Source: a virus
Taxonomy: Duplodnaviria > Caudoviricetes
Length of the DNA: 59,526 nt
Direction: 5' to 3' (one strand)
Virus record (IMG/VR): IMGVR_UViG_3300032330_001422
Coordinates: 1-59,526 of that record
Shown piece by piece: positions 54,978-59,526 of this stretch. Numbering within the stretch: position 1 is the first letter of the stretch; the number at the start of each line of letters is the position of its first letter. The notes beneath the pieces were generated by a model. That model saw only the letters and a program-made list of their open reading frames with translations. It searched no databases and was not told where the DNA came from. A program made the position numbers and the translations under genes.

Positions 54978-55940
54978 ATGCCAGTAAAAGGAAAACATCT
55001 ACTACACTATGTACCCCACGGTATTAATAGCCATGAATTTAAGCCATTGCCAAAAGGCGACTCTTCAGTTGAAAAATTGAAGAAAAGTTTATTGGGAGAC
55101 GGAGAATATAACTTTATTGTAGCATTTAACAGTAGAAATGCACATCGTAAACATCCAGCCAATCTAATATTAGCATTTAAATCATTCTGTGCTTCTATTG
55201 ATCAAGAACAAGCAAAGAAATGTGCATTGATTATGCATACAGACAAAGTATGTGAAGCTGGAACGGATCTAGTAGCTACAGTGCAAGCAGTTTGTCCAGA
55301 ATATAAAGTAGTATTAGACGAATCTCGTAGAAGTCCAGAAGAAATGTGTGCATTCTACAATCTATCAGATGTTACCGCTAATGTTAGTTCCAATGAAGGT
55401 TTTGGTTTGAGTATCGCTGAAAGTATTATGTGTGGTACTCCGGTTATTGCTACAGTAACAGGCGGTTTACAAGATCAGTTGGGTATTGTTACAGATGATG
55501 GCAAACCGGTAGAATTTAATCTTGAATTTGGTACCAATAGTACAGGTAGATACAAGAAACATGGCGTATGGGCGAAACCAATTTGGACCAAAGTTCAAAA
55601 TCTTCAAGGAAGCCCTCCTACTCCATATATCATGGATGATCTAACCAACTATACTGATATTGCAGATGCTATTGCTTATTGGTACTTAGTTGGTAGTGAA
55701 AAACGTGAACAATATGGTGCCGAAGGTCGTAGATGGGCGATGAATGAAGGTGGTATTAATGCTAAAAATATGTGTGATCAGTTTATTAAAGCAATGGATT
55801 TTACACTAACTAATTTTAGACCTGTTAAAACATTTGACATTTTTACTGAAGTTGGTTATGATATTAACTCATTGCCTAATGACAAGTTAGGATTTGATTT
55901 ACACGTTGTAAATTTAGAAGCTATTAAACAAACGATCTAA
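54978..55940 (+). CDS. GT-B glycosyltransferase, C-terminal half (split gene)
   Basis: YVPHGIN, RNAHRK, NEGFGLSIAESIMCGTPVI, TGGLQDQ. Confidence 0.85.
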   Translation: MPVKGKHLLHYVPHGINSHEFKPLPKGDSSVEKLKKSLLGDGEYNFIVAFNSRNAHRKHPANLILAFKSFCASIDQEQAKKCALIMHTDKVCEAGTDLVATVQAVCPEYKVVLDESRRSPEEMCAFYNLSDVTANVSSNEGFGLSIAESIMCGTPVIATVTGGLQDQLGIVTDDGKPVEFNLEFGTNSTGRYKKHGVWAKPIWTKVQNLQGSPPTPYIMDDLTNYTDIADAIAYWYLVGSEKREQYGAEGRRWAMNEGGINAKNMCDQFIKAMDFTLTNFRPVKTFDIFTEVGYDINSLPNDKLGFDLHVVNLEAIKQTI

Positions 55941-56629
55941 TGAAAATTCAAGTATTAAAGAACGAAGATTATCAAGACATAGAAAATCTACCAAAAAAAG
56001 GTACAGATCGTGCTACTGGTTATGATGTAATCGCTACAAGTGAACCCGAAATTATCGGAGAAACATACGATAACGGTACATATAAAAGAATCGATTATAT
56101 TCAGTACAAAACAAATCTTAAACTAGCTGTACAACAAGAAAGACAATATAGTGGATTTGGACATACTGATATTGATTATGATATTCTAGCATTTCCTCGT
56201 AGTAGTGTTAGTAAGTACAATCTAGTATTAGCCAATTGCATTGGATTGATTGACGCTGATTATCGTGGTGAAGTATTGCTTCGTTTTAAGTATATCTGGC
56301 AACCAGAAGATTATAGATCCGTCAACTATATGTTAGAAGGAAAGCCTAATATAGATAAGCTTTATAATAAAGGTGATAAAATCTGTCAACTAAAAGTAAC
56401 CAAAGTAGAAGACGTAGAATTCGTATTGGTAAATGCATTGGATTCTACAGATAGAGGCGAAGGTGGATTTGGTAGTACAGATGTTAAAAAAACAGAAAAA
56501 GCCGAAATATCTCAGGTTCAAATGAGTAAAATGGAAGCACTCTATAATAGTTTAGGTGGAATACCCACTCCAAATAAAAAGTATAGTCAATTAGTACAAG
56601 AAAGAGACACAAAACAATTTAATCAATAA
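55940..56629 (+). CDS. dut: trimeric dUTPase
   Basis: ATGYDV, PRSS, GLIDADYRGE, GDKICQL, RGEGGFGST. Confidence 0.95.
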   Translation: MKIQVLKNEDYQDIENLPKKGTDRATGYDVIATSEPEIIGETYDNGTYKRIDYIQYKTNLKLAVQQERQYSGFGHTDIDYDILAFPRSSVSKYNLVLANCIGLIDADYRGEVLLRFKYIWQPEDYRSVNYMLEGKPNIDKLYNKGDKICQLKVTKVEDVEFVLVNALDSTDRGEGGFGSTDVKKTEKAEISQVQMSKMEALYNSLGGIPTPNKKYSQLVQERDTKQFNQ

Positions 56630-56630
56630 T

Positions 56631-57971
56631 ATGAGCAAACCACTATGTTTAATTTCAGGTCCAGTATTTAACCGCAGCGGATATGGCGACTGGGCAACAG
56701 CTGTTGCAAAAAGCATCATTCGTTATGATAAGTATGATGTTAAAATCGCCCCTACTAGATGGGGCAATTGTCAAAGTAAACGATTTCTAGAAGAACTGAC
56801 TGATCCAGAAGATAGAACACTAGCTTCAAAATTCATTAATGGTGCTTTGAATAAACAACCAGATGTATTTATTCAGTTAACTATTCCAGAAGAATTTCAA
56901 GCAATTGGTAAATACAACATTGGTATGACAGCTGGAATTGAAACTACAATTCCACCAGGCAGTTGGATAGAAGGTGTAAATAGAATGAATCTTACGGTTG
57001 GTTTGTCTAATCATGTAAAGAAAACATTCAATGAAACCAAGTTAGCAAAACAACTCGAAAACGGACAACAAATTCCAATTCAAGTTGAAAAACCAATCGA
57101 AGTGTGTTTCTGGGGAGCAGATACCAATATCTTTAAAAAGACGGATGAAAAACTTGAATCCGTTGAAACTGCTTTATCAAGCATCAAAGAAACTTCTGCA
57201 TTCTTATTTATAGGTCAGTGGACACATGGCGGACTTTATAATGATCGTAAGGATATTGGAAATCTAATTAAGACGTTCTGTACATCGTTTAGGAATCAGT
57301 CTCTAAATGACCGTCCATGTCTCATTGTAAAAACAGGTGGAGCTTCATATTCAACTGTAGATCGATTTGAGATTCTATCTAAGATTAAGAAAGTTCGTGA
57401 TGAAATCGGCGAAAATGCTCCAAATGTGTATCTCTTACACGGCGAATTATCCGAACCAGAAATGAATGCTTTGATGAATCACGAAAAGATTATAGCTCAC
57501 GTTTCATTTACTCACGGTGAAGGATATGGACATCCACTTCTTCTATCAACACTAAGTGGCAAACCACTATTGGCGCCTAATTGGAGTGGACATTTAGATT
57601 ATCTAAACCCAGCATATGCTAATTTATTATCTGGTAATCTCGTTGATGTAGATAAAAAGTCAGTGAATCAATGGATTATTAAAGAAAGTAAATGGTTCAA
57701 AGTCTCATATTCATTGGCGGAAGATAGAATGAAACAAATATACTTCGCTCGAAAGAGTGATAAATTTACTAAAAATGCTGAACTTCTGCGTAAAGAAAAC
57801 ATGGAGAACTTCAGTATGACTGCGATGGATAAAAGATTGTGGTCTATTTTAGATCAATACGTTCCTCAGTTTGCCGTAGAAAATCAATTCGTATTACCTA
57901 AATTAAAACCAGTCGTTTCTAACAATGCAACCGAGACAAAATTATCACTTCCAAAACTAAAAATATCTTAA
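56631..57971 (+). CDS. GT-B (GT4-like) glycosyltransferase
   Basis: RSGYG, TAGIETT, DRKD, HGEGYGHP, NWSGHLDY. Confidence 0.85.
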   Translation: MSKPLCLISGPVFNRSGYGDWATAVAKSIIRYDKYDVKIAPTRWGNCQSKRFLEELTDPEDRTLASKFINGALNKQPDVFIQLTIPEEFQAIGKYNIGMTAGIETTIPPGSWIEGVNRMNLTVGLSNHVKKTFNETKLAKQLENGQQIPIQVEKPIEVCFWGADTNIFKKTDEKLESVETALSSIKETSAFLFIGQWTHGGLYNDRKDIGNLIKTFCTSFRNQSLNDRPCLIVKTGGASYSTVDRFEILSKIKKVRDEIGENAPNVYLLHGELSEPEMNALMNHEKIIAHVSFTHGEGYGHPLLLSTLSGKPLLAPNWSGHLDYLNPAYANLLSGNLVDVDKKSVNQWIIKESKWFKVSYSLAEDRMKQIYFARKSDKFTKNAELLRKENMENFSMTAMDKRLWSILDQYVPQFAVENQFVLPKLKPVVSNNATETKLSLPKLKIS

Positions 57972-57972
57972 T

Positions 57973-58620
57973 ATGTTTTTATCATATCTAGTAACATGTC
58001 ATAATGAAACTGATAGCTTAGATAAGCTACTAACTAAATTAGTTAAAAACAAAAAAGATAATCATCAAATTGTTCTTCTTGATGATTATTCAGACAATCC
58101 AAAAACTTTGGAAATTATACAGAAATATAAAGAAAAGATAAATTTTTATCAACATAAATTAGATAAAAATTATGGCGCACATAAAAACTATGGTATAGAA
58201 CTATGTAAAGGTGAATGGATTTTTCAACTAGATGCTGATGAAGTTCCTACAGATGGATTGATAGAGAATATAGATTTAATTATTGAATCGAACAATAAAA
58301 ATGAAGTATTATGGTTGCCACGTTTAAATTACTTCCACGGGGTGACACAACAAGACATCAATATGTGGGGTTGGAGATTATACGACGGTATGATTAATTT
58401 TCCAGATTATCAATCCAGATTGTATCGTAATTTACCACACATTAGGTACGAAAGAAGATTGCATGAAAAAGTAGAAGGCTTCAAAAGTTATGTCTTTATA
58501 CCTCCACAAAAAGATTACGCAATTATTCACGAAAAGACTATAGAGAAACAACGTCAAACAAATATTAACTATAATAAGTTTTTTACCGAGGACGAAAACA
58601 AAGGATATTCAGTAAAATAA
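57973..58620 (+). CDS. GT2-family glycosyltransferase
   Basis: HNE, LDDYSD, WIFQLDADE, PDYQSRL, LHE. Confidence 0.9.
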   Translation: MFLSYLVTCHNETDSLDKLLTKLVKNKKDNHQIVLLDDYSDNPKTLEIIQKYKEKINFYQHKLDKNYGAHKNYGIELCKGEWIFQLDADEVPTDGLIENIDLIIESNNKNEVLWLPRLNYFHGVTQQDINMWGWRLYDGMINFPDYQSRLYRNLPHIRYERRLHEKVEGFKSYVFIPPQKDYAIIHEKTIEKQRQTNINYNKFFTEDENKGYSVK

Positions 58621-58623
58621 TTT

Positions 58624-59052
58624 ATGAAATATATTACAAACATCGATACTTTATCCGCATTATTTGATAGACTGATTACAGAAAATATTAAACTTTATTT
58701 TTTCAACAAAGATAATATTATAGATAAAGTTAATCATCAAAAAATTGTGGTTGAAGAAATTAAAAATAGAATCAAAAAGTTGTTACAAGATACATATGAA
58801 AAGAAAGAATATGATTATCTTTCGGAAAAAAGAACTTTCAATGAAAATTCAATTGTGGAATCTCTTGAAGAACTTATAGTTAACGATATCAATATTGGAG
58901 AATCCGATAGAGAAAGATTGAAACAAGTTCAAAGCGAAAATCCATCTATAGAAAAATTTATTGTAAATGAAAAAAGACTGAGAAAAGCTAATGAAGGTAG
59001 ATCTCGTAATAAAAACGAAATTGATGATCAATATAAAAAAATAATAGAATAA
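58624..59052 (+). CDS. hypothetical helical protein
   Basis: TLSALFDRL...N..R...KNEID helical pattern; sugar-gene context. Confidence 0.6.
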   Translation: MKYITNIDTLSALFDRLITENIKLYFFNKDNIIDKVNHQKIVVEEIKNRIKKLLQDTYEKKEYDYLSEKRTFNENSIVESLEELIVNDINIGESDRERLKQVQSENPSIEKFIVNEKRLRKANEGRSRNKNEIDDQYKKIIE

Positions 59053-59062
59053 ACATAACACT

Positions 59063-59526
59063 ATGAATGTACTTATTACTGGAATTGCTGGATTATTGGG
59101 ATCAAACCTTGCAGATTATTTAATAGAACAAAATATAAATGTTGTTGGAATTGATGATTTAAGCGGAGGATACCTAGAAAACATAAATCCAAAAGTAAAA
59201 TTTTTTAAATTAAACTTGGTCGATGACCGAGGAAAATTAAATGATATATTTGAAACTTATAAATTCGATTATGTTTATCATCTAGCAGCTTATGCAGCCG
59301 AAGGATTAAGTCCATTCATTAGAAATTTTAATTACAAAAATAACTTAGTAGCTACTACAAATGTAGTAAATTGTTGTATTAATTATAGTATTAAACGACT
59401 AGTATTTACGTCTACGATGGCCGTGTATGGTGAAAATAAAACTCCATTTGACGAATCGTATTTACCTAACCCAATAGATCCATATGGAGTAGCTAAATAT
59501 GCATGTGAAATGGACATTAAAGTTGC
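59063..59526 (+). CDS. NAD-dependent sugar epimerase/dehydratase (partial)
   Basis: Hand translation MNVLITGIAGLLGS...GIDDLSGG...HLAAYAAEG...STMAVYG...YGVAK; runs off window end. Confidence 0.9.
   Translation, partial: MNVLITGIAGLLGSNLADYLIEQNINVVGIDDLSGGYLENINPKVKFFKLNLVDDRGKLNDIFETYKFDYVYHLAAYAAEGLSPFIRNFNYKNNLVATTNVVNCCINYSIKRLVFTSTMAVYGENKTPFDESYLPNPIDPYGVAKYACEMDIKV

Noticed and set aside
54940-55000. T4 gene 60-style ribosomal bypass at the split glycosyltransferase
   Set aside because: Matching GGA codons exist, but the first is not adjacent to the stop and no take-off hairpin is seen; an SD plus ATG explains the junction more simply
1-59526. Alternative genetic code (stop-codon reassignment)
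   Set aside because: Conserved genes are full length in the standard code, TAA/TAG/TGA all end genes, and no suppressor tRNA is present
1-59526. Eukaryotic giant virus or cellular origin
   Set aside because: Sigma70 promoters, intrinsic terminators, CCA-encoding tRNAs, overlapping operons, lysozyme and T4-like replisome order indicate a bacteriophage despite the GT15/GT18/RFC-like genes

Overview
AT-rich, gene-dense segment of a large (jumbo-type, T4-like replisome) bacteriophage genome read in the standard code. From left to right: (i) small accessory genes (HAD hydrolase, fatty-acid desaturase, GNAT, Ig-domain protein); (ii) a minus-strand RNA array at about 4.9-8.85 kb with 13 tRNA or tRNA-like genes, one tRNA 3'-half fragment, a free-standing HNH gene, several non-tRNA structured RNA candidates, sigma70-type promoters and repeated boxA-like elements; (iii) small early-type genes including a SpoU/TrmH RNA methyltransferase and a DksA/TraR-like zinc finger; (iv) nucleotide-sugar genes (rmlA, rfbH-like, SDR, rmlB, gmd), a ClpP-like protease, nucleases, an intein-containing SF2 helicase and iscU; (v) modular putative virion polyproteins, one with a lysozyme domain and one with an intein; (vi) a ~13 kb glycosyl/methyltransferase island with GT15-like and GT18-like enzymes; (vii) clamp loader, sliding clamp, family B DNA polymerase, PD-(D/E)XK nuclease, dUTPase and more glycosyltransferases. 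The most unusual part is the RNA array: two tRNA-Ile(UAU) genes with a long variable arm whose identical 7-nt loop centres on GAU, a D-armless Arg(UCU)-like RNA with a D-loop-like sequence in the variable position, short-arm tRNA-Leu, two tRNA-Gly with UGC T-loops, and a ~300-nt structured RNA of unknown class. All calls come from reading motifs and pairing by eye; no searches or folding programs were run.
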